NCBI GenBank assembly: GCA_049599475.1
Contig: JBMYOQ010000077.1
Span: 1-19,005, forward strand
Source of the DNA: Opitutales bacterium
Lineage (GTDB): Bacteria; Verrucomicrobiota; Verrucomicrobiia; Opitutales; JABSRG01
Reading direction: 5' to 3'
DNA: 19,005 bases
Under the pieces are notes generated by a model that was given only the letters and a program-made list of their open reading frames with translations, did not search any database and was not told the origin of the DNA. Made by a program: the position numbers and the translations under genes. Of this stretch, positions 10,808 to 18,654 are shown piece after piece (the first letter of the stretch is position 1; each line of letters opens with the position of its first letter).

Positions 10808-10909
10808 CAATGACCAGACAGCTCTCTTTTGAGCACGCATAAACACGAATTCTCCATGCTGCGGCGCCGCATTCGTGTTTATTCGTGGTTAACAGAAAGC
10901 TGGTCATTG
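10808..10909. repeat. Nested inverted repeat (~100-nt stem-loop)
   Basis: CAATGACCAG/CTGGTCATTG outer arms, CACGCATAAACACGAAT/ATTCGTGTTTATTCGTG inner arms (16/17), central palindrome TGCGGCGCCGCA. Confidence 0.8.
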
Positions 10910-10940
10910 ATCAAACTAAGTAGAACTAATTGGATTTACC

Positions 10941-10978
10941 AAAAACAAAAAACGCCCGGAGCTCTCACTGCCGGGCGT
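10941..10978 (-). terminator. Rho-independent terminator of the aminotransferase gene
   Basis: ACGCCCGG/CCGGGCGT stem followed on the minus strand by TTTTTGTTTTT, ~45 nt after the stop at 11022. Confidence 0.8.
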
Positions 10979-11021
10979 CTTAGACTAGACCAGAAACAAG
11001 TAGTATTGAGAAATTAAATAC

Positions 11022-12155
11022 TTATGCGCCTTCTTTCTTGAGGATCTTTTTGGTGGCTTCGATGAAGGCCATCATTTCCTCCTGAGTTCCGATAGAAACA
11101 CGGCACCAATCAAACATGGGTGGGAATGGGCGCCCTACCAAAATGTTTTCTTCTTCCATCGCTGCCTGGAACATCTGGATGGGCATTCCAGTTTTGAAGA
11201 AGACAAATGAACCCGCGGGCTCTGCGTATTCGATACCCATAGCGTCGAAAGCATCTGTCACCATCTTGCGTGTTTCGATGTAGCTTGTGCGGCTCATCTC
11301 ATACCAAGAAGGATCATTCAAAGAGGCCAGAGCGGCGACTGAACCGAGGATGTTGGGTCCACCCTGGTAGAATTTGCGCAATTCCTTGATGATTTCAGGC
11401 TTAGCAATCCCGTATCCGACGCGGATGCCTGCGAGGCCCCAGACCTTAGAGAATGTGCGAGCGATGATGACATTCTTCCCCTCTTTCACCTTAGACACCA
11501 TTGAGCTGCCTTCGAAATCGTCGGAAAGCTCCAGGTAGGCTTCGTCGACAAAGGTCAAAACGCTCTCTGGAACACGGTCAATCAATGCGCTTAGTTCAGC
11601 GGGATCGACTACGGTGCCGGTCGGGTTGTTTGGATTACAAATGTAAAGGATTTTGGTCTCCTCATCGATCTTGGCCTCCATCGCAGGAAGGTCGTGCTCA
11701 AGCTCTGGAGCTGGGGTCACGGGCACGTTGATCACTTTGCCACCAAAGTTCTCGAAAGTGCGGGCTAGCTGCTGATAGCCAGGAGAGGCGATGATCATGT
11801 TTCCGCCTTCAAGGCCTTTCCACATACCTGTCATTGAGAGCACAGGGCCCGAGCCAGCTGTGATAATGATGTGGTCTGGGTCGACACCTTCCTTGGCAGC
11901 AATCGCGGCGACGAGCTCCTGAGTCTCCTCCCAGCCGTAGCGATTGATCTTCTGCATCTCCTGCATGATCATCATGTAGGCCATTTGAGAAGAGCCAAAT
12001 GCGTTTTCGTTGCCGCTAATGCGGATGGGTCCTGCGTCCGCTTCATCAGCATCGACTTCGTGCTGAGCGAATGCAGGTGAGGAAATCAAAGAAGCTCCGA
12101 GCAGGGCTGAAGCTGCTTTGAAGAGGCGGGCAGATCTTTTTAAAGCAATGTTCAT
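11022..12155 (-). CDS. PLP-dependent class I/II aminotransferase, HisC-like, with N-terminal signal peptide
   Basis: IRISGNENAFG, YICNPNNPTG, FVDEAY, RTFSKVWGLAGIRVG (PLP lysine), RVSIGT; likely start ATG 12155 (MNIALKRSARLFK...SPAFA). Confidence 0.88.
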   Translation of the reverse strand: MNIALKRSARLFKAASALLGASLISSPAFAQHEVDADEADAGPIRISGNENAFGSSQMAYMMIMQEMQKINRYGWEETQELVAAIAAKEGVDPDHIIITAGSGPVLSMTGMWKGLEGGNMIIASPGYQQLARTFENFGGKVINVPVTPAPELEHDLPAMEAKIDEETKILYICNPNNPTGTVVDPAELSALIDRVPESVLTFVDEAYLELSDDFEGSSMVSKVKEGKNVIIARTFSKVWGLAGIRVGYGIAKPEIIKELRKFYQGGPNILGSVAALASLNDPSWYEMSRTSYIETRKMVTDAFDAMGIEYAEPAGSFVFFKTGMPIQMFQAAMEEENILVGRPFPPMFDWCRVSIGTQEEMMAFIEATKKILKKEGA

Positions 12156-12220
12156 TGGTTTGAGTATCGTGTGTGGATATATCCAACCTTCATTTCGGAA
12201 GGCGGATAAAGACACCTCTA

Positions 12221-12237
12221 AGCAGACGGTATGCCTA
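12221..12237 (-). promoter_or_regulatory. Putative sigma54 promoter of the aminotransferase gene
   Basis: Minus strand TAGGCATACCGTCTGCT = GG-N10-GC, close to consensus TGGCAYR-N4-TTGCW. Confidence 0.45.
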
Positions 12238-12253
12238 GTAATCTGAGAACTGC

Positions 12254-13315
12254 TTATTTAAGATCATCTACAGTGGGAAGCCGCTTAGAATAAGTTTCCC
12301 AATCATTGAGGATGAAATCAATCACAGGCATGCCCACACGGTAGCATGCTTCGAGCGACGGGATGAACGCAGAATACCCGCCCTTCTTTTCGCCACTCAG
12401 ACTCTGGTAGGCGGAAATGCCCTCGTGCTGCATCACAAAGTTGCTCGCGGTGCGGAGAACGAGCATGCGCGACACGTCTGCTTTGCCGGCATGGGTTAAG
12501 CGCTCGAGACTCGAATAACTGCCTGTGTCCTCCATGGCTGAAGTGACAAAATTTCCGCTGCCTTCCGAGAAATAGGCGACCCAATCATTCGCCCAATCAT
12601 TGAGCATGGTGCCGTGCCAAAAAGTCATCGCTGCCAAATGATCTCCCTTGAGAACAAAAGGCGGCTTCCGGGCATTTGGAAAATTCACATACTTCTCCCG
12701 TAGATTACGCATCGCGTCGGTGTCTGGAATTTCGACGTCCTTGGTAAGTTGATACGCAAACTCCACAAATTCGGGAACTAAGCGAAAGGCCGCGCCCTCA
12801 TTATCTGCCTGCAGCGGTTGTTCATATGGCTTTGATTTGCGCAGCGGAATATAGCCAGTCGGCCACCCCTCTTCAATTTCGCGAGCATCGATTTGGTGTG
12901 CAAGATCGCCATCCACGAGCCACTCGGCCCAAGCGGCACTTCCCAGCGAAGCATCTTTAGGGTCTACCCCTGATATCCCCGCAACGAGCCAATACGCCTT
13001 GGTCAAATCGAAACGAGGGTCCAAGCCTAAGGCCATGATCGAAGCCGCCGAACGCGCGGTGCCAATCCCGGTCACAATACCCAAAATACCTTTCTCGCGA
13101 TTCAGCCTCAGGTCGCGAAATCCCTGTGGAAACGACACAGACTCTTCAAGCGGCACCCGTTCGACCCAATATTGAAATTCCGCCGGTTTATCCCCCGTAT
13201 CCTCTCCAATTTCAAACATCGCTACCACGACGGCCTTGATCTCAATAGGCGGCTCAGCGAGCAGGGTAGAAGCAAAAAATATAAATAATACAAAAGGGCG
13301 GAGTTTACGAATCAT
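12254..13315 (-). CDS. Purine nucleoside permease (NUP) family protein, exported
   Basis: VVVAMFEIGEDTGDKPAEFQYWVER, ALGLDPRFDLTKAYWLVAGISGVDP, TSAMEDTG, LVLRTASNF; signal peptide from ATG 13315. Confidence 0.88.
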   Translation of the reverse strand: MIRKLRPFVLFIFFASTLLAEPPIEIKAVVVAMFEIGEDTGDKPAEFQYWVERVPLEESVSFPQGFRDLRLNREKGILGIVTGIGTARSAASIMALGLDPRFDLTKAYWLVAGISGVDPKDASLGSAAWAEWLVDGDLAHQIDAREIEEGWPTGYIPLRKSKPYEQPLQADNEGAAFRLVPEFVEFAYQLTKDVEIPDTDAMRNLREKYVNFPNARKPPFVLKGDHLAAMTFWHGTMLNDWANDWVAYFSEGSGNFVTSAMEDTGSYSSLERLTHAGKADVSRMLVLRTASNFVMQHEGISAYQSLSGEKKGGYSAFIPSLEACYRVGMPVIDFILNDWETYSKRLPTVDDLK

Positions 13316-13326
13316 GCCCGAACATA

Positions 13327-13343
13327 CGCAATTCACATGCCGA
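13327..13343 (-). promoter_or_regulatory. Putative sigma54 promoter of the NUP gene
   Basis: Minus strand TCGGCATGTGAATTGCG = GGCATG-N4-TTGC with exact GG-N10-GC spacing. Confidence 0.55.
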
Positions 13344-13664
13344 AATTATCAATCAGTAAATCGAGTTAACCATCCACTCGAACACTGTATCTCCAGATAA
13401 TAACAACCCAACAAAAATGGCGCACTTCAAGGAAGGGTCCGATCTCCGCGCAGACCACCCCTAGCGCAGGAGTCACAATAAATGCCCGTGTGTCCCAATG
13501 CAGTCCTTGATGATTATGTCCGCGGGTATCACAGATCGACCCCATCGCCATTGTTTCCGAATCATACCAAAATTCAAGGGCCAGTAACACCCCTATGGTC
13601 AAAGCATGGAAATGAAACCATTCGGGCCTAAATTCCGCAATAATCCCAGTAACCAATCCCGACG

Positions 13665-13906
13665 AAAGTGTCCGTATAACAGGAAAAATCCCCCAAAAAC
13701 GGACAACCAAAACCTCAACCACACACCCCAAAAACCAAAAAAGTGTCGCATAAAAGGAAAAATCTCCATTATCAGGACACCCGAAAAACTGTCGCATAAA
13801 CGGAACCCAACCTGCTATCACTCATGAACCCGCACCATTACTCAAAACCCACCAAAACCCATTTCCCAAAAACGGACACCAAGTGTCTTATATAGGACTG
13901 TTGGGT
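13665..13906 (+). other. attI-like integron site with upstream direct repeats; crossover G|TTGGGT at 13900/13901
   Basis: GTTGGGT (13900-13906) is the exact reverse complement of the first attC R'' (ACCCAAC 14799-14805); no attC hairpin upstream; four AASTGTC-n-ATAWM-n-GGA units. Confidence 0.7.
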
Positions 13907-13929
13907 AATAATATAATTTCCATAAAGTA

Positions 13930-14817
13930 ATGTTAGATGCATTTGAACAAATAAATGAGACACTTCAATCTCTGAGGTTGTCGATTGAGTCCTTGAAGAG
14001 TGAGAAATCTATTTTTGATTCATACGTTTTCCCTATAGTATCATCATTTTTTTCTGCGATTCTTGGTGGATTGATTGCCTATTGGACAATCAGGAGGCAG
14101 GAAAGAAATCAGTTTGAAAAAGAAAATATGAATGCGTCTAACCGATGCATTCTGACAGCGGAGAACTCTCTGCTTACTTTATTGGCGATCAAGGAAAACT
14201 ATTTTAAGGAATTAGGGACAGACCCTATTCAGCGCATATTTTGTGTTTCTCCAATCGTTGGCGCCAAGAAATCGATTAGTTTTGATGTTCCAACATTAGC
14301 TTTTATTGCCCCCGGACAACATTCTAAAATTACGAAATGGAATCAAGTTGTGCAGATTGATGCCCTTTTTCATAACTATAATGAGCTCTTGGAGATTTGG
14401 GAAAAATTTTTTGAAAAGTCCTCGGTTTTTAAGGAAGAGTTGATCGGAAAGCACTCGGTCAGCGCTGTAGCTGATATATCTATCAAGGATATTGTAACCG
14501 AAGTTGGTCAGAGAGATCTTTCGATTGCTTCTAGTCTTTTGGAGCGAGCATTGAGCCTTACGGACAGCTTGATTTTGGACTTTGAAGAGTTCGTAAGAGA
14601 ATTTCCAAAAATTGCTGGATCCCAGATTGATACTCGGAGGCTCAAGGGGTATGGTAAGTTATTCACCATGGGTGGACGAGAGGAGAGTATTGATCATTTA
14701 TTAGAGCGAGTTCCTTCAGTAAATTCTGAAATTTTTGCGGCTTTACTAGGTTTGTCGCCGGAGGAAGCGCAGTCCTTCGGTTCTGCCAGCGAAAAGAGAC
14801 CCAACAAGTCAGGGTAG
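13930..14817 (+). CDS. Cassette 1 (13901-14920): hypothetical protein with one N-terminal TM helix
   Basis: 295-aa ORF filling the cassette; hydrophobic YVFPIVSSFFSAILGGLIAYWTI then charged helical region; stop lies inside attC. Confidence 0.85.
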   Translation: MLDAFEQINETLQSLRLSIESLKSEKSIFDSYVFPIVSSFFSAILGGLIAYWTIRRQERNQFEKENMNASNRCILTAENSLLTLLAIKENYFKELGTDPIQRIFCVSPIVGAKKSISFDVPTLAFIAPGQHSKITKWNQVVQIDALFHNYNELLEIWEKFFEKSSVFKEELIGKHSVSAVADISIKDIVTEVGQRDLSIASSLLERALSLTDSLILDFEEFVREFPKIAGSQIDTRRLKGYGKLFTMGGREESIDHLLERVPSVNSEIFAALLGLSPEEAQSFGSASEKRPNKSG

Positions 14818-14926
14818 GTAACCCCGATACGTGCGCCGCGAGGGTTCTTTTTTGGGTTTAGCAGAGATCCGGGAGGTCATCCGCATTTTGTGGTTTACTC
14901 GGGTTACCTACCTTTTAGCGTTGGAC
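14799..14926 (+). other. attC site 1 (128 bp)
   Basis: R'' ACCCAAC, spacer AAGTC, L'' AGGGTAGG ... L' CCTACCT, spacer TTTAGC, R' GTTGGAC. Confidence 0.93.
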
Positions 14927-14934
14927 GAGAAGAA

Positions 14935-15552
14935 ATGTTTAGGCTTTTGATAGTTTTTGGAACTCTTCTGCTCGCATCATGTGCAACTGTAGAAAATACA
15001 GTTGATTCAATATCGCACGCAGCTGTGGTCACGACTTCTGCTCCAGTCGTAGGATCATACGGCGGTTACGTAGGAAGTATTCACGGATCTCAGGTATCTT
15101 CAGTTGGCATAGGTGTGCCTCCAGAGTATTATTCGGAAGAGCTGTCTAGAGAAGATTTTGATGATGAAGTCCTTTTTTACGCACGCGGAGGAGAGTTCGG
15201 CAAGACATATACTGCATACATAGGTAGTCGAGATGGGTTTCATTTCGTTTTAGTCCATCATATCGTCGGTCCGAGGAAGATCTATCGGATTAAAGAGGAA
15301 GAGTTACGTGTCTTGGATGTATTCCCATTGACTCTTGATCGAAATTATTGGGTGAGTCTGTCCAAGGCTCTCGGAACAGATGTATTCCCGGAAGTTGGCC
15401 TTTCTCTGTCTTACGATGAGTTTGTTGAAACATACCGTATTGAAGTTGAGGCCCTTGATGCACCGCTCTATGATCCGGCCCATATTGGCTTCATTAACGA
15501 CGAGGAATCTGAATTAGAGATTATTGGTATAGATGCTTTGCTGGATGATTGA
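14935..15552 (+). CDS. Cassette 2 (14921-15732): hypothetical lipoprotein
   Basis: ATG 14935 just after R'; MFRLLIVFGTLLLASC is a signal peptide with lipobox LASC; the longer ORF start (14890) lies inside attC1. Confidence 0.85.
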   Translation: MFRLLIVFGTLLLASCATVENTVDSISHAAVVTTSAPVVGSYGGYVGSIHGSQVSSVGIGVPPEYYSEELSREDFDDEVLFYARGGEFGKTYTAYIGSRDGFHFVLVHHIVGPRKIYRIKEEELRVLDVFPLTLDRNYWVSLSKALGTDVFPEVGLSLSYDEFVETYRIEVEALDAPLYDPAHIGFINDEESELEIIGIDALLDD

Positions 15553-15610
15553 TTCGATTCTGGTTTCTTTGAGTTTATTCTGTTTTTCCTTTTTGGTTAC
15601 ATCGCAGAAA

Positions 15611-15738
15611 GTCCAACAAGTCAGGATATGTAACCCCGATACCTGCGCAGCGAGATTGACCTCTATGTGTTTAGTAGGAGTTTTAGAGTGAGGGGCAGTT
15701 TTAGGTTTACTCGGGTTACATACCTTCTAGCGTTAGTC
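15611..15738 (+). other. attC site 2 (128 bp)
   Basis: R'' GTCCAAC (complement of the cassette start GTTGGAC), AAGTC, L'' AGGATATG ... L' CATACCT, TCTAGC, R' GTTAGTC. Confidence 0.93.
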
Positions 15739-15748
15739 AAAAAGTGAT

Positions 15749-17548
15749 ATGGATATGTTAACACCAATAACAGGCATTGTGGGTAAGAAGGTTTTTGAAA
15801 AAGTCGCTCTAGACGTATACAAATTCCTTGGTGAAAAAGCGAAAGGTTCCATCCAAAAATGGCGTGCAGATAAAGGGATTAGCGAACTCTACTCCCAGAT
15901 TAGTTCGATTCGCTTGGTCAAGACTCTCTGGCAAGTAGATAAACCGGTAGACCTTGCTGAGTTCTATTGTTATCCAAGGGTTCGGTTTAGTGTTAAGCGA
16001 CGCAAGGAAATCCGAGACTTGAACGACTTGAATCGAAGCAAGGGTGGCGTTTTGATCCAAGGGATAGCTGGGCAGGGGAAGTCGACATTTTTACGGTATT
16101 TGTGTGCGCGAGAGATGCAGAAAGGAGAAAAATTACCCGTATTTCTGGAATTGCGCAAAATCAATGAAGACCAAACTCTATTCGATCATATTAAAGTGTG
16201 GCTTGAGGTGCTTGGCATTGAATTGGATGAGTCATCGATGAAGGAGATTGGTCGCTCGGGGAAATTGATCTTTTTTTTAGATGGTTTCGATGAGGTGAGA
16301 GAAGATCTAAGGCTTAAATTGATTACCGAGATCGAGTATCTTATATCGCTCTGTAAAAAATCGGTGGTTATCGTTTCATCACGTCCAGATAATGGAATTG
16401 ATGTGTCACCATCATTGGATGTTGTTCAGCTTGAGAATTTACATGGTGATGAGTATGAGGATGTGGTGCGGCGCTTGGCGGTTAAAAGCAGAGATGCGGA
16501 GCATCTCATTAGCCAAGTAAACTCTCACGGGAGCAATATTAAAGACCTTTTGATTACTCCATTATTTGTTACTCTCTTATTGATCACATATAAATCCTTT
16601 CAAGAGCTTCCTGATGAGTTAGCTGATTTTTATGATGCGTTGTTCCAGGTGTTATTGAAGCGTCACGACGGAACAAAGCCGGGATTTAAGCGAGAGCGCC
16701 ATTGCTCAATAAATGACAAGCAGTATCGATTTGCATTTGATTCCTTTTGTTATGAATCGAAGCGGAGTAGAATACAGTCGTTTTCTGATACTGAGGTTTA
16801 TAATTTCGCAAAGGTCGCGTTAAATAAGAGGAAGTTCGATGCAGATCCAGAAGGATTCTTGAATGATATTATTAAGGTGACTTGTTTGCTGGTGAGAGAT
16901 GGTGGTGAATACAGGTTTATTCATAAAAGTGTACAAGAGTACTTTGCTGCATCTTTTCTCTCCTCTAGGCCAGAGAACGTTATAAGAAAGTTTTACGAGT
17001 CTCTTATTGAAAACTCTAGATTCAAATATTGGGAACAGGAATTTAAGTTTCTCGAAGAGATTGATAGGTTCCGTTACATAAAGTTTTTTAGACTTCCTAT
17101 GTTAAGAAGAAATCTCGGTTTGAGTGAGGGAGATACGCTGAAAATTCCTCGTATTACTCTTAAGAGAACGGTCGAAATACTTGGTGGGGTTAATATAGTT
17201 GTATTTCAAGGAAGTAGAAATAACAGAGTTAGTTTGATTGATTCGGGAGCCTTACCTTTTGACTTGTTCCCGTTTCGAGAACTATTGGATCTAGATTATA
17301 GTACTGTTTCGTATGTGAAGTCAGGTGTAAAGGTGGCTGCTAAGAATGGGTCCAGAATGAAAGATGCACGAATAATGACGCTAGGAACTGTTATTCGTCG
17401 TGGAGAGTTACGTGAAGAAACAAAGGCTATCGTTGCGAAAGTGCTCCAGAAAATTTTTGATGAAGCTTTAGGTCATGAGAAATGGTTGGAAGAAGCGCAG
17501 GAGGAAGATCTGACTTTGGACTTTCCGGAACTAAGCCATGAGGACTAA
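15749..17548 (+). CDS. Cassette 3 (15733-17664): NACHT-domain STAND NTPase
   Basis: Walker A GIAGQGKST, Walker B IFFLDGFDE, sensor SSRP, TPLFVTLL, winged-helix YRFIHKSVQEYFAA. Confidence 0.9.
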   Translation: MDMLTPITGIVGKKVFEKVALDVYKFLGEKAKGSIQKWRADKGISELYSQISSIRLVKTLWQVDKPVDLAEFYCYPRVRFSVKRRKEIRDLNDLNRSKGGVLIQGIAGQGKSTFLRYLCAREMQKGEKLPVFLELRKINEDQTLFDHIKVWLEVLGIELDESSMKEIGRSGKLIFFLDGFDEVREDLRLKLITEIEYLISLCKKSVVIVSSRPDNGIDVSPSLDVVQLENLHGDEYEDVVRRLAVKSRDAEHLISQVNSHGSNIKDLLITPLFVTLLLITYKSFQELPDELADFYDALFQVLLKRHDGTKPGFKRERHCSINDKQYRFAFDSFCYESKRSRIQSFSDTEVYNFAKVALNKRKFDADPEGFLNDIIKVTCLLVRDGGEYRFIHKSVQEYFAASFLSSRPENVIRKFYESLIENSRFKYWEQEFKFLEEIDRFRYIKFFRLPMLRRNLGLSEGDTLKIPRITLKRTVEILGGVNIVVFQGSRNNRVSLIDSGALPFDLFPFRELLDLDYSTVSYVKSGVKVAAKNGSRMKDARIMTLGTVIRRGELREETKAIVAKVLQKIFDEALGHEKWLEEAQEEDLTLDFPELSHED

Positions 17549-17670
17549 CAAGTCGGAGTAAGTAACAGCGATTGTGCTCGGCGCGAGGTGCGTTTCGGGG
17601 GAAGGGGTGAAATGTTTGGTTCCAAGTCAGAAATAGCTTCCATCGCTGCACTTATCCTTTAGCGTTGTGC
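17543..17670 (+). other. attC site 3 (128 bp)
   Basis: R'' GACTAAC (complement of GTTAGTC, overlaps the NACHT stop), AAGTC, L'' GGAGTAAG ... L' CTTATCC, TTTAGC, R' GTTGTGC. Confidence 0.92.
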
Positions 17671-17800
17671 AAAAGAATGAGCGTGCCTGAACATCTTTGG
17701 AGATTCCCAACTGCCGAAGCTAGAAAGTCTTTGGCTGAGCGTTTTGATCTTCCGAATTCTAAGGAAATGCAAGATTGGGAGTGGGAAGTAGCCGATCCTA

Positions 17801-18654
17801 GGGTGTGTTCGAAAACCTAAAAAAGACTTGTACCGCATGCATTTATTCAAGACACTCTATGGACATGAAGATCAGGATGCATGCCGCGGACAAAGCCCTC
17901 GTTTTAGGGCTAAAAAAATTAATCAATTTGAGGAACCTAATCAACCTGTACCCGCAGCGATTGGAGGGCGGCCTCAGGTTAAAATAGAGACCATTCTCGA
18001 AGCTGTTTTGTATCGCATGCGCGAAGGCTGCACTTGGAGGTCATTGAGTATTTTTGCTCCTTATACAACGATCTATACACGTTGGAACAAGTGGGTATCC
18101 CAAGGGCTTTGGGATCGCATTTTAGAGCATGTCAGTCGGTCTGCTTGTGGCAAGCTCTGGGCGATCGATGGCACTTGTATTAAAGTTCACAAGCATGCTC
18201 ATGGTGCATCGCAATATGCTGATAATCAGTGTATTGGGAAATCTAAAGGAGGACCGAATACGAAAGTCCATGCTCTGGTCGATGCAAAAGGGCGAGCTCT
18301 CAGGATTCATCTAACCGCAGGAAATAGACATGATCTAGTCCCCGCCGAAGAGCTGGTCGACGGATATCAAGGAAGAACAATCCTTGCAGATAAAGCCTAC
18401 GATTCAGACCGCTTTCGGAAGTTTTTCTGATAGGGCTGGACGTGTGCATCCCCTCAAAATCAAATCGCAAAAGCCCGATTCCTTACCAAAAGTCCCAATA
18501 TAAAAAGCGTCACAAAGTTGAGAACTTTTTCCAACGCATAAAAGAGAAGCGAGCCATCGCAACTCGTTACGAAAAACATGACAACAACTTCCTCGCGATG
18601 ATACTACTATGCGCCATCTGCGATTGGATCAAAAAGTAGTTTTCGAACACACCC
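17801..18654 (+). mobile_element. IS5-family (IS427-like) insertion sequence, 854 bp
   Basis: Perfect 16-bp IRs GGGTGTGTTCGAAAAC (17801-17816) and GTTTTCGAACACACCC (18639-18654); CTAG target on both sides (TA or CTAG duplication). Confidence 0.92.
17828..18639 (+). pseudogene. IS5-family DDE transposase in two frames (17828-18430 and ~18421-18639)
   Basis: GGRP...ILEAVLYRMREGCTWRSL, AIDGT, GKSKGGPNTKVHALVD, LADKAYDSD, then in the -1 frame VCIPSKSNR...YKKRHKVENFFQRIKEKRAIATRYEK; start codon uncertain. Confidence 0.8.

Noticed and set aside
39..12584. Many short ORFs overlapping or antisense to opp, regulator, secA, aminotransferase and NUP genes
   Set aside because: Shadow ORFs of well-supported genes with no independent evidence
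13366..13821. 151-aa minus-strand ORF in the usual intI position
   Set aside because: Too short, no tyrosine recombinase R-H-R-H-Y motifs, and its composition follows the skewed repeat DNA; likely spurious
13606..13827. 73-aa K/N/P-rich plus-strand ORF
   Set aside because: Translation of A/C-rich repeats; no recognisable protein features
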